A DNA stretch of 64,000 nucleotides from Actinomycetes bacterium (GCA_025360225.1 JANYCN010000042.1:112302-176301); one strand, 5' to 3'; shown: positions 7,545 through 16,809, counted from the first letter of the stretch. Numbers and translations: made by a program. Notes: generated from the letters alone by a model not told the origin.

Positions 7545-8810
7545 TCAGTCCGCGAGCGGCGCGGCGAGCGCGGCGACGTCGTCGAACGGCCCGATCACGG
7601 CGAGCGTCGCCCGCTCGGGCGTGATCAGCTCCTCGGCGACCCGGCGAAGGTCGTCGATCGTGACCGCCTCGATGCCGGCGAACACCTCCTCCAGCTCAGC
7701 GGCACGGCCCTCGGCCAGCTCACGACGGAGGCCGTGGAGGATCATCCCGCGCGGGTCCTCGACGCCGAGAACCGTACGCCCAACGAGGTAGCGCTTCGCC
7801 TTCGCGAGCTCGGCCTCGTCGACCCGCTCGACCGTGATCCGTCGCAGCTCCTGCCAGATCGTCCCGATCGCCAGGTCGATGCGCTTGATGTCGACACCAG
7901 CCTGAACCTGGAGGGAACCGGCATCGCTGTAACCTGCGTGGGCAGCGAAGACGTAGTACGCGAGCCCGCGACGCTCGCGCACCTCGGTGAAGAGGCGCGA
8001 GGACATGCCGCCGCCGAGGATCGTCTGGAGGACGCTGACGACGTAGCGATCCGGATGGCCCGTCGCGAAGCCGCCGACGCCGAGCACGAGGTGCGCCTGG
8101 TCCGAGTCGCGGCGCTCGATGCGCACGACCGGCCCGGCAAGGGCAGGCAGGTCGGTCTCGGGCCGGACGGGCGTCGCGACCGCCGGCAGGTGCGCAAAGC
8201 GAGCCGCGACGTCCTCCACCATGGCGTCCGTGACGGCTCCACCGAGGCCGATGACGAGCCGCTCGGGCCGATACCAGGTGTCGAGGTAGTCGGTAAACGT
8301 CTCCCGGGTCGCCGCCTGTACGGTCTCCTTGAAGCCGATGATCGGCCGGCCAAGCGGCGTCTGGCCCCAGCGCACGTCGTCGTGCACCTGTCCGATCATG
8401 TCGCGCGGCGTGTCGAGGTACATGTTGATCTCCTCGACGATCACGCCCTTCTCGCGCTCGATCTCATCGCCGTCGAAGCGGGAGTGCAGCAGCATGTCGG
8501 AGAGCACGTCGATCGCGACCGAGGCCGAGCCGGCGGCGCACTTCACGTAGTACGCCGTCAGCTCCTTCCCTGTGAAGGCGTTGAACTCACCACCGATGCC
8601 ATCGATCTCGGCGGAGATGTCGCGCGCCGTCGGTCGGCGCTCGGTGCCCTTGAAGAACAGGTGCTCGGCGAAGTGGGCGATCCCTGCCGACTCGGGGCGC
8701 TCGTAGCGTGACCCGGCGGCGACGCCCACGAACACCGCAACGGAGGGCGCCCCGTCCATCCGTGCGGTGAGGATGCGGGTGCCGTTCGCCAACGTATCTC
8801 GGTGAAACAT
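7545..8810 (-). CDS. M16 family (pitrilysin/insulinase-like) zinc peptidase
   Basis: ORF 7545..9212, start set at ATG 8810 (MFHRDTLANGTRIL...). Inverted zinc motif HFAEH plus downstream E. Confidence 0.85.
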   Translation of the reverse strand: MFHRDTLANGTRILTARMDGAPSVAVFVGVAAGSRYERPESAGIAHFAEHLFFKGTERRPTARDISAEIDGIGGEFNAFTGKELTAYYVKCAAGSASVAIDVLSDMLLHSRFDGDEIEREKGVIVEEINMYLDTPRDMIGQVHDDVRWGQTPLGRPIIGFKETVQAATRETFTDYLDTWYRPERLVIGLGGAVTDAMVEDVAARFAHLPAVATPVRPETDLPALAGPVVRIERRDSDQAHLVLGVGGFATGHPDRYVVSVLQTILGGGMSSRLFTEVRERRGLAYYVFAAHAGYSDAGSLQVQAGVDIKRIDLAIGTIWQELRRITVERVDEAELAKAKRYLVGRTVLGVEDPRGMILHGLRRELAEGRAAELEEVFAGIEAVTIDDLRRVAEELITPERATLAVIGPFDDVAALAAPLAD

Positions 8811-8828
8811 CGCCTCGCAGCGTACCCT

Positions 8829-10148
8829 GTGGGTGTGGGGACCGCCCGGCGCACCGTGCTGTTGCTCGTCCTCGCGATCCTCGCGACGACCGCCGCGGCA
8901 CCGGCGAGCGCCACGCCAACGGTGACGATCAGCGGCCACGGCAACGGGCATGGCATCGGCCTCAGCCAGTGGGGCGCTGAGGGGCTCGCGCGCGGCGGCG
9001 CGACCTACCAGCAGATCCTGCAGCACTACTACCCCGGCACGACGCTCGAGGTGCAGCCGAGCACAGGGATCCGCGTGCTCGTGCTCGAACGATCGCGGCT
9101 GAAGCTGGGCGTGGGGACGCTTGGAGCGGCAACGGCCGACGACGGCGACCCGATCGCGGTCAGGGGCGGGCTCACGGTCGTTCCACGCGCCGTAGGCGGC
9201 GTCGAGGTCCACGACGCATCGGGCGGGATCGTCACCGGCGGGCTCTGGATCCGGGTTCGCGCCGTGGAGCCGATCACGATCGGCGGCAACCCGTACCGGG
9301 GAAGCGTGCTCGTCCGTCGTGCCGGGTCGGTCGTCCAGGCGATCGACGACGTGGCGATCGACGACTACGTCCGCGGCGTGATCTCGTGGGAGGTGCCGTC
9401 GAGCTGGCTCCCGGACACGCTCGAGGCGCAGGCGGTCGCCGCCCGCTCATACGCCCTCGCCGAGCGGCGGCCAGGGCGACCGTTTGACGTGTACAGCGAC
9501 ACGCGCAGCCAGATGTACGGCGGGATCCGCGCCGAGCGGCTATCGACGGACGCCGCGGTCGCTGGCACCGCCGGCGTAACGGTGATGTACGCCGGCGAGA
9601 TCGCGACGACGTTCTTCTCCGACTCGAACGGCGGCCGGGTCGCCGCGATCGAGGACGTCTGGGGCGGCGCGCCGGTGCCCTACCTCCTCGCGACGCCCGA
9701 CCCGACCGACGCGATCGCGCCGTTCAACCACTGGACACCGCGAACGCTCTCGACGGCCGCCCTTGGGCGCGCGCTCGGGATCGGGCGCGTCACCGGCATC
9801 GCCATCGTCCGGAACGCCTCGCGGCGCGTCGCGAACGTCACCTTCACCCAGGCTGGGGGTGCCCAGACGACGCTCTCCGGCTCGACCGTGCAGAGCCGTC
9901 TCGGACTCCGGTCGAGCTGGTTCGGGCTGACGCTGCTCGACCTCCGCTCGGCACGGCGCAGCGGCAGGCGCGTGACGGTGCTCGGGACGATCTCACCCGC
10001 GGGCCCGGTCCGCGTCGAAGGACTGGTCGACGGCCAGTGGCTCTTGCTCGGCACGATCACGACGACGACCGGCGCGCTCCGCTGGCGTGGTCTCACCCAC
10101 GACGCGTCCGCGTTCCGGCTCCGCGCCGGAGACGCGGTGTCAGGCTAG
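8829..10148 (+). CDS. SpoIID/LytB domain-containing secreted protein
   Basis: Signal-like RRTVLLLVLAILATTAAAPASA. GHGIGLSQWGA and EAQAVAARSYAL...FFSDSNGG blocks. Start ambiguous (GTG 8802, 8829 or 8835). Stop TAG 10146-10148 is inside the CTAG end of element B. Confidence 0.75.
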   Translation: MGVGTARRTVLLLVLAILATTAAAPASATPTVTISGHGNGHGIGLSQWGAEGLARGGATYQQILQHYYPGTTLEVQPSTGIRVLVLERSRLKLGVGTLGAATADDGDPIAVRGGLTVVPRAVGGVEVHDASGGIVTGGLWIRVRAVEPITIGGNPYRGSVLVRRAGSVVQAIDDVAIDDYVRGVISWEVPSSWLPDTLEAQAVAARSYALAERRPGRPFDVYSDTRSQMYGGIRAERLSTDAAVAGTAGVTVMYAGEIATTFFSDSNGGRVAAIEDVWGGAPVPYLLATPDPTDAIAPFNHWTPRTLSTAALGRALGIGRVTGIAIVRNASRRVANVTFTQAGGAQTTLSGSTVQSRLGLRSSWFGLTLLDLRSARRSGRRVTVLGTISPAGPVRVEGLVDGQWLLLGTITTTTGALRWRGLTHDASAFRLRAGDAVSG

Positions 10149-10277
10149 TGGTCTGATTGTCAAAGGACGGCGTCATCGGGTGTCAGGAGCGAGCGGGGGC
10201 GTTGCGCGTCGCGCAGGGCTTGCCGGGGCAAGCGCAAGTGGCGCGCGACGCTCCCGCGAAACACAAAGCACTGCTAG
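10145..10277. mobile_element. MITE-like element, copy B (133 bp, short form, opposite orientation to D)
   Basis: ctagtggtctgattgtcaaagg... at the left. The interior matches the reverse complement of D blocks (ggagcgagcggg.gcgttgcgcgtcgcgcagggcttgc and gcaag.ggcgcgcgacgctcccgcgaa). Degenerate right end cacaaagcactgctag. Confidence 0.7.
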
Positions 10278-10336
10278 TGGTCGAGCGCGAGTTGAACAGC
10301 CGAGAACACCCATACGCAACGCCATCGATCGCCGAG

Positions 10337-10804
10337 GTGATCGCGGGGTCAGCCGAGGCCACGCACGTTCCCGTCACGTTCGAGCGCTGCGATCACGTTC
10401 CGGGCCCCTTCTTCCACGGCACGAGGAATCGCATCACGATCGGCGAGCGCCTGGCCGCGGGCCACCCCTCCAACTATCACCAGGGTCGGATCGCCAATCA
10501 CGTCTACTTCTCCTCGCTGCTCGAGCCCGCTGTGTGGGCGGCCGAACTGGCAGTGGCGCTCGCCGGGGGCGAGGAGATCGGCAACGTCTACGTCGTTGAA
10601 CCGACCGGCCCGTTCGAGGACGACCCGAACGTCACCGACAAGCGGTTCCCCGGCAACGTCACCCGCTCGTACAGGACACGCCAGCCGATGCGCGTCACTG
10701 ACGAGGTCGGCGTCTGGGAGCGCCACGCCCCTGGCGTGTTGCAGGCGATGCTCGAGAACCTCGCCGGGCTGCGCGAGCAAGGGCTCGATCTGATCGAGGA
10801 CTAG
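10337..10804 (+). CDS. arr: NAD(+)--rifampin ADP-ribosyltransferase (Arr family)
   Basis: GPFFHGT...SNYHQGRIANHVYFSSLLEPAVWAAELA...VYVVEPTGPFEDDPNVTDKRFPGNVTRSYRTRQPMRV matches the Arr signature blocks. Start uncertain (GTG 10337 preferred by length; GTG 10277, TTG 10292 and ATG 10157 are also in frame). Confidence 0.85.
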   Translation: MIAGSAEATHVPVTFERCDHVPGPFFHGTRNRITIGERLAAGHPSNYHQGRIANHVYFSSLLEPAVWAAELAVALAGGEEIGNVYVVEPTGPFEDDPNVTDKRFPGNVTRSYRTRQPMRVTDEVGVWERHAPGVLQAMLENLAGLREQGLDLIED

Positions 10805-11457
10805 TCCAGATCCGCCAAGAGCTCGTCATCGGGCACGTCGCGCAGGTACCGCGCAGGGCTGCCGACGACGACCGCCCGCGGGGCAACGTCCCGCAGCACC
10901 ACGGCGCCGGCCGCGACGAACGCCTCCGCGCCGATCTCGACGCCCGGCAGCAACGTCGCTCCACCACCCACACGCGCGCCCCGACGGATCGTCGCGCCCC
11001 GGATCAGCTCGTGCCGGCGCTCGGTGCGACCCATGAAGTTGTCGTTCGTGGTGACGACGCACGGGGCGATGAACACGTCGTCCTCGAGCAGGCAGTACGC
11101 CGTGATGTACGCGTTCGACTGGATCCGGCAACGCGCGCCGATCGTCGTGTCGTTCTCGACGCACACGCCGCGACCGATCACGCTGCCTGGACCCACCGAG
11201 CAGCGCTCGCGAACCGAGGCAAGGTCGCCGACGATCACCCCGGCCCCGAGCGTCGTGCCTGCATAGACGATCGCGCCGGTGGAGATCACGCAGCCCGCAC
11301 CGATCACCAGCGGTGCGAGCGGCTCGCGCCGCGCCGTCGAGGACCTGCCGAGCGTTGGCTGCTTGCCAACCACGGCGTTGTCGCCGATCCGTACGCCATC
11401 GCCAATCACCGTGCCGGGATGGATCACCACGTTGACGCCAAGCTCGGGAAGGCTCAT
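10801..11457 (-). CDS. hexapeptide-repeat (LbH) sugar N-acetyltransferase, WbpD/PglD-like
   Basis: 218 aa of imperfect [LIV]-G-x4 hexapeptide repeats. Adjacent to the sugar dehydrogenase/oxidoreductase genes. Confidence 0.75.
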   Translation of the reverse strand: MSLPELGVNVVIHPGTVIGDGVRIGDNAVVGKQPTLGRSSTARREPLAPLVIGAGCVISTGAIVYAGTTLGAGVIVGDLASVRERCSVGPGSVIGRGVCVENDTTIGARCRIQSNAYITAYCLLEDDVFIAPCVVTTNDNFMGRTERRHELIRGATIRRGARVGGGATLLPGVEIGAEAFVAAGAVVLRDVAPRAVVVGSPARYLRDVPDDELLADLD

Positions 11458-12458
11458 AGCTGCACCGTCGCGCCACCGGCGGCGAGCGAGCGCGTCAACC
11501 CGTCCAGCACCTCGACCACAGCGAGACCCTCCGCGCCGCTGGCGATCGGGTCGACACCCGTGCGGATCGCCTCGATGAACGCGCGCACCTCAAGCTGGAG
11601 AGGCTCGTCGCCCGCGATCCGGGGGATGCGGACATCTCCCGATCGCAGCGCCTGGAACTCGCCCCACGTCTCAAAACGGGCAGGCAGGGACGCGCGGTCG
11701 TACACCGTCACCTTGCGATCCGGGTCGGTGTCGTCAAAGACGACCATCCTCTCGGTGCCGACGACGGTGAGCATCCGCCGCTTGTGTGGGTCGAGCCACG
11801 ACAGGTGAAGGTGGGCGATCATCCCCGATGGGAACTGCAGGTAGGCGAAGACGACGTCCTCGATGCCGGGCTGGAGGTAGCACTCACCGCGCGCCGAGAC
11901 CGCCACGGGACGCTCGCCGGCAAGCGCCAGCGCCATCGAGAGATCGTGCGGGGCAAGGCTCCAGAGGGCGTTCTCGTCGGCACGGACCTTGCCGAAGTTC
12001 TGGCGGTTCGCATAGAGATAGAGCACCCGCCCGAGCTCGCCGTCCGCTGCCATCCGTTGCACCGCTTGAAAGCCCGGGTGGAAACGGAGCAGGTGGCCGA
12101 CCATCAGCCGCCGGTTGGCGGACCTCGCGGTGGCCACCAGGTCGGCCGCATCGGCGACGGTCAGCGCGAGCGGCTTCTCTACCAGCACGTGCTTGCCCGC
12201 GTCGAGCGCACGGCGAGCGAGGCGGTGGTGGGTCGACGACGCCGTCGCGACGACGACCGCGTCACACGTGTCATCGGCGAGAACCTCGTCGAGGTCGTCA
12301 GTGAACCGCGCCGTCGGGAACTGGCCGGCGAACCGCGCACGGTTCGCGGCGTCAAGGTCGCAGGCCCAGGCAAGCTCGCACCCTGGCACCCGTGCCAGGT
12401 TTCGTGCGAGGTTCGGTCCCCAGTAGCCGAGCCCGACGATCGCTACCCGCACGGGCAT
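11454..12458 (-). CDS. Gfo/Idh/MocA family oxidoreductase (WbpB-like UDP-sugar 3-dehydrogenase candidate)
   Basis: N-terminal Rossmann VRVAIVGLGYWGPN. Start uncertain (ATG 12458, 12479 or 12503). Confidence 0.75.
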   Translation of the reverse strand: MPVRVAIVGLGYWGPNLARNLARVPGCELAWACDLDAANRARFAGQFPTARFTDDLDEVLADDTCDAVVVATASSTHHRLARRALDAGKHVLVEKPLALTVADAADLVATARSANRRLMVGHLLRFHPGFQAVQRMAADGELGRVLYLYANRQNFGKVRADENALWSLAPHDLSMALALAGERPVAVSARGECYLQPGIEDVVFAYLQFPSGMIAHLHLSWLDPHKRRMLTVVGTERMVVFDDTDPDRKVTVYDRASLPARFETWGEFQALRSGDVRIPRIAGDEPLQLEVRAFIEAIRTGVDPIASGAEGLAVVEVLDGLTRSLAAGGATVQL

Positions 12459-12462
12459 CGGG

Positions 12463-13725
12463 TCAGAGAAGGTGGACATGTTCAGCCGCGCGACCGTCGG
12501 CACCTGTCGCGTTGCGCAGGTCGACGACCAGCGGTGCGTGCTCGATCACCAGAGCGATGTCAATCGCCCGGTGCGCCGTCACGATCACGGCACAGTCGGC
12601 CGAGGCGAGCTCTGCCTCGGTGAGCTCGACGGAGGTCTCGCCGTGGTGGCTCGCGACGTGCGGGTCGTGGTATACGACCTCGGCACCCTCGGCGCGTAGG
12701 AGCTCGATGAGCTTCAGCGCAGGCGACTCGCGCACGTCGTCGATGTCTGCCTTGTAGGCGATGCCGAGCACCAGGACACGCGCACCGTTGACGCTCTTTC
12801 GATGAGAGTTCAGGGCACGCTGCACCTTCGTCATGCAGAAGTACGGCATGTTCTCGTTCACCTTGCCGGCCAGCTCGATGAACTCCGTGTAGTAATCGAA
12901 CTCGCGGGCGCGCCAGGAGAGGTAGAACGGGTCGAGCGGCAGGCAGTGTCCGCCGAGACCGGGGCCGGGCAGGAAGCGCATGAACCCGAACGGCTTCGTC
13001 GCCGCCGCGTCGATCACCTCCCACACGTCGATCCCCATTCGATCGCACATCAGCGCCATCTCGTTGATGAACGCGATGTTCACCGAGCGGAAGATGTTCT
13101 CGAGGAGCTTCGAGAGCTCGGCGACCTCCGGCGAAGAAACCTGCACCACGTGGTCGCACGCGTCGGCGTACAGCGCGGCCGCGCGCTCGGTGCACGCCGG
13201 GGTGACGCCACCGACGACCTTCGGCGTGTTGCGCACGGTGAAGTCTGTCCGACCCGGATCGATCCGCTCAGGCGACATCGCAAGGTGGAAGTCGACGCCA
13301 GCCTTCAACCCGCCAGCCTCGAGGATCGGGCGGATCAGCTCGTTCGTCGTGCCGGGATAGGTGGTCGACTCGAGCACGACCAGATGTCCAGGTCGTAGAT
13401 AGCGCGCGATCGACTCCGCCGCGCTCGTCATGTAGCTCGTGTCCGGCTCGCGGTTGGGGGTCAACGGCGTTGGGACGCAGATCACGATCGCGGCCGATGC
13501 GGCGATCGCCGCGAAGCTCGTCTCGGCCGTAAGCATCCCTGACACGACGAGCGCCGCGAGGTCCTCCGTCGCCACGTCGTCGATGTACGACACGCCGGCG
13601 TTGATGCGATCAACCTTGAACGGGTCCGGGTCGACCGACACGACGGACGAGCCCGACTGGGCGAAACGCACGGCAAGGGGGAGACCGACGTACCCGGCGC
13701 CGATCACAGCGACATCCCGATTCAC
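12463..13725 (-). CDS. nucleotide-sugar 6-dehydrogenase (UDP-N-acetyl-D-glucosamine/mannosamine dehydrogenase, WbpA/WecC-like)
   Basis: VAVIGAGYVGLPLAV Rossmann motif, ICVPTPL, catalytic GLGGHCLP. Start set at GTG 13725 because the upstream MFS gene ends at 13781. Confidence 0.8.
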   Translation of the reverse strand: MNRDVAVIGAGYVGLPLAVRFAQSGSSVVSVDPDPFKVDRINAGVSYIDDVATEDLAALVVSGMLTAETSFAAIAASAAIVICVPTPLTPNREPDTSYMTSAAESIARYLRPGHLVVLESTTYPGTTNELIRPILEAGGLKAGVDFHLAMSPERIDPGRTDFTVRNTPKVVGGVTPACTERAAALYADACDHVVQVSSPEVAELSKLLENIFRSVNIAFINEMALMCDRMGIDVWEVIDAAATKPFGFMRFLPGPGLGGHCLPLDPFYLSWRAREFDYYTEFIELAGKVNENMPYFCMTKVQRALNSHRKSVNGARVLVLGIAYKADIDDVRESPALKLIELLRAEGAEVVYHDPHVASHHGETSVELTEAELASADCAVIVTAHRAIDIALVIEHAPLVVDLRNATGADGRAAEHVHLL

Positions 13726-13780
13726 GGAGGTGATGGTACTCGTGCGCCCGCTCCGAGGCTCCCGCAGGAGCGAGGCAGTC

Positions 13781-15217
13781 CTACGCTGGTTCGACCGCGG
13801 GCGTCGACGCGACGGTGTTGATCGCCGCAACGTCGGCGTTGCGGATCAGCACCACCGTCATCACGAGACCAGCGACCATCAGCGCGGCGGCGGCAGCGAA
13901 CCCGGCGCGGTATCCCGCGACCGTCGCAACGAGCGGCCCAGAGCCGGTGGCCGCGTTCGCGGCAATCGTCGAGAGGATCGCCAGCCCGAGCGCCCCACCT
14001 ACCTGCTGGGAGGTGTTAAAGAGGCCCGACGCGAGGCCCGCGTCGTCGGCGTCCACGTTCGTCGTCCCGATCAGCGTCATCGGCACGAACACGCCACCAA
14101 GACCGAGGCCCATCACGGTGATTCCGGGAAGCACATCCGTCACGTACGATCCTCCGACGCTGACGCGGCTCAGGAGAAGCAGGCCGATCGCGCCGACGGT
14201 CATGCCGATGATCGCGATCGTCCGCACGCCAACGCGGCCGATCAGCCCTTGCGACGCGCCGGAGGAGAGGATGATCGCCGCCGTCAGCGGCAGGAACCCA
14301 CACCCCGCCTGCACCGGGCTGAGGCCAAGGACCTGCTGCACGTAGAGCGTCGCGAAGTAGAAGACCGAGAACATGCCACCGGCGACGACGAGCATCGTCA
14401 GGTTTGCCGCCGTCAGCGATCGGGTGCGGAAGATCCCGAGCCGGAGAAGCGGCGAGGCCGTCCGCTGCTCCCACACCACGAAGGCGACGAGCAGCACGAC
14501 CGACAGCCCGACGAGGCCGAACGTCGTGCCGGAGATCCACCCGGCGGACTGCGCCTTGACGATGCCGTAGACCAGCAGCACGAGCCCGGCGGTGACGGTG
14601 AACGCCCCGACAAGATCGAAACCCTGAGCCCCCTCGCCCTTCGACTCGGGCACGAGACGGATGCCGAGCGCGAGCGTGATCAGGCCGACTGGGAGGTTGA
14701 CGAAGAACACCCAGCGCCAGTCCGCGTACTCCGTCAGGATGCCGCCGAAGATCAGACCCATCGCGCCGCCACCGACGGCGATCGCCGCCCAGACGCCCAT
14801 CGCCTTCGCGCGCGGCTTGCCGTCCGCGAAGCTCGTCGTCAGGATGGAGAGCGCGGCTGGCGACACCAGCGCGCCACCAAGCCCCTGCAGGCCGCGGGCG
14901 ACGATCAGCACGCCGGCGTTCGGAGCGAGGCCGTCGATCACCGAGGCCGCGGTGAACACGACGACGCCTGCGAGGAACAGGCGGCGGCGCCCGAACAGGT
15001 CGGCGGCGCGCCCACCAAGCAGGAGGAACCCACCGAAGACGAGGGTGTACGCGTTGATCACCCACTGCAGCGAGCTGACGCTGAAGCCAAGGTCCTTCTG
15101 CACCGTCGGCAGGGCGACGTTGACGACGGTCGCGTCGAGGACGACCATGAACTGGCCGAGGCACACCACGGCGAGGACGATCCAGGGGTTCACACGCGGC
15201 TTGCTGCTCGGGTTCAT
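13781..15217 (-). CDS. MFS transporter, DHA2 (EmrB/QacA, 14-TMS) drug:H+ antiporter family
   Basis: ORF 13781..15580, start set at ATG 15217 (MNPSSKPRVNPWIVLAVVCLGQFMVVLDATVVNVALP...). Motif GRAADLFGRRR. Confidence 0.85.
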   Translation of the reverse strand: MNPSSKPRVNPWIVLAVVCLGQFMVVLDATVVNVALPTVQKDLGFSVSSLQWVINAYTLVFGGFLLLGGRAADLFGRRRLFLAGVVVFTAASVIDGLAPNAGVLIVARGLQGLGGALVSPAALSILTTSFADGKPRAKAMGVWAAIAVGGGAMGLIFGGILTEYADWRWVFFVNLPVGLITLALGIRLVPESKGEGAQGFDLVGAFTVTAGLVLLVYGIVKAQSAGWISGTTFGLVGLSVVLLVAFVVWEQRTASPLLRLGIFRTRSLTAANLTMLVVAGGMFSVFYFATLYVQQVLGLSPVQAGCGFLPLTAAIILSSGASQGLIGRVGVRTIAIIGMTVGAIGLLLLSRVSVGGSYVTDVLPGITVMGLGLGGVFVPMTLIGTTNVDADDAGLASGLFNTSQQVGGALGLAILSTIAANAATGSGPLVATVAGYRAGFAAAAALMVAGLVMTVVLIRNADVAAINTVASTPAVEPA

Positions 15218-15254
15218 GCGACGCAGGCTACCCGGCCGGCTAGTGTAAGCCGGC

Positions 15255-15737
15255 ATGGCGCCGACCGACGACCAGGATGAGCTGTTCGAGGTCGTCGACG
15301 AGAACGACCGGCCGACCGGACCGCGGACCCGCGCCGCGTGCCATGCCGACCCGACGCTGATCCACCGCTCCGTCTGGGTCCTGGTTGGGACGCCCGACGG
15401 GATGCTGTACCAGCGCCGCGGCCTCGGCAAGGACTCGAACCCCGGGGCGTGGGACCTCGCCTGCGCAGGGCACGTGACGACGGGCGAGTCGTACGCGGAT
15501 GCGGCTCGCCGCGAGCTCGCCGAGGAGGTCGGGATCACCGACGCGGTGCTGGTGCACGCCGGCACGTTCCTGATGCGCATGCCACACGAGACCGAGATGG
15601 CCGCCGTCTACACGACCGAACACGCTGGCCCGTTCCTCGTCCGACCGCCGGAGGTGATCGGCCTCGTCGCGTTCGCCGAGCCGCCGTCACCGATCACGCC
15701 ATCCGCGCGCCGGGTGCTCGAGCTCCTGCGCCGATAG
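15255..15737 (+). CDS. NUDIX hydrolase
   Basis: Nudix box GHVTTGESYADAARRELAEEVGI. Confidence 0.85.
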   Translation: MAPTDDQDELFEVVDENDRPTGPRTRAACHADPTLIHRSVWVLVGTPDGMLYQRRGLGKDSNPGAWDLACAGHVTTGESYADAARRELAEEVGITDAVLVHAGTFLMRMPHETEMAAVYTTEHAGPFLVRPPEVIGLVAFAEPPSPITPSARRVLELLRR

Positions 15738-15777
15738 GGGGATGCGTCGCTACCACACCGGCTCGTAGGCTGGTGCG

Positions 15778-16809
15778 ATGGCGATCCTCCGCGAGCGGCA
15801 GAGCCGCCTGGACCGGCTGGCGACCTCTCGCTGGGGCCAGCTCGTGGCGGCCGCGCGCCGCGCGGGCGCCGGCGCGGATGCCGAGGACGCCGTCCAGGAC
15901 GTGCTGACCCGCCTTGCCGCCGGCGCGGGCGACGTTCCGGACGGTGAGGCGCGCCTCGTTGCGTACGCGACGGTTGCGGTCCGGCGGCGAGCGTACGAGC
16001 TCGCAGGTCGCCATGGCCGGGAGGTGGCGGAGGAGGACGGTGCGGCGCCGTCCGACCACGCCGGCGATCACGAACGCACGCGCGCGATCCGCGCCTACCT
16101 CCGCGCCACGGCCGAGCTGCCAGCACGCGCACGGGCGGTCGTGGTGCTGGACGCAGCGGGGTGGAGCCGCGGCGACGTCGCCGCGCGCCTCTCGCTGTCC
16201 GAGCGGGCCGTGCGCCGCGACCTCGAGGAGCACCGCACGGTCGTCCTTGCTGCGACGGCGCGCGCGCTTGACGGCTCGGACTGCGAGCGCCTCGCGGGAA
16301 CGCTGTCTGCCTACGGCCAGGGCGCAGGCCGGCCGCGAGCCGGCGGACCGGTCGCCCGTCACCTCGAGGTCTGCGACGCCTGTCGAGCGGGACTCGTCGC
16401 CGCGCGTCGTGCCCGCACCCACCTGCGGGCGCTGTTCCCGCCGCCCGTTGCGTTCGGCATCAGCGGTATCCCCACGCCGACGGCCCTTGCCCCGATCTTC
16501 GCGAAGGGCGCCGTCGCCGCCCTGATCGCGGCAGCGACGGTCGGCGGCGGCGCGTTCGCCGTTCCGTCCGCCGGTCCGCCAGCTGCACCGCCGCGGCTCG
16601 TTCCGGTCGTTGACGTCCGCCTGACGTTGGCCGCGCTCGACCCGTCCTCAACGGTGACCATGCTCGGGCCGGTCGCGACGCGCCTGCACCGCGCCGCGGA
16701 GTCGGCGCGCCGACGCGTGGCCGCCCGTGACCCGTTCACGAAGCGGGTCCCGCCAGGAGGCTGCGACCTCGGCACCCTTGGCGTCTGCGGGCTCGGGGCC
16801 GGCCAGTAG
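15778..16809 (+). CDS. ECF sigma factor fused to a ZAS-type anti-sigma motif and one transmembrane helix
   Basis: Region 2-like AEDAVQDVLTRL..LVAYATVAVRRRAYE. Region 4 LPARARAVVVLDAAGWSRGDVAARLSLSERAVRRDL. Then C-x25-H-x3-C-x2-C (Cys codon 16282, His 16360, Cys 16372, Cys 16381). Then hydrophobic GAVAALIAAATVGGGAFAV. Confidence 0.7.
   Translation: MAILRERQSRLDRLATSRWGQLVAAARRAGAGADAEDAVQDVLTRLAAGAGDVPDGEARLVAYATVAVRRRAYELAGRHGREVAEEDGAAPSDHAGDHERTRAIRAYLRATAELPARARAVVVLDAAGWSRGDVAARLSLSERAVRRDLEEHRTVVLAATARALDGSDCERLAGTLSAYGQGAGRPRAGGPVARHLEVCDACRAGLVAARRARTHLRALFPPPVAFGISGIPTPTALAPIFAKGAVAALIAAATVGGGAFAVPSAGPPAAPPRLVPVVDVRLTLAALDPSSTVTMLGPVATRLHRAAESARRRVAARDPFTKRVPPGGCDLGTLGVCGLGAGQ

Noticed and set aside
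10157-10336. ATG 10157 as the arr start (215-aa protein)
   Set aside because: The first 40 codons would be translated from the repeat element. Arr proteins have only ~17-25 residues before the HGT motif. It is kept only as an open-frame observation.
13439-15280. 613-aa plus-strand ORF
   Set aside because: It is antisense to the clearly real MFS transporter. Its Arg/Asp/His/Glu-rich low-complexity translation is typical of off-frame reading in high-GC DNA.
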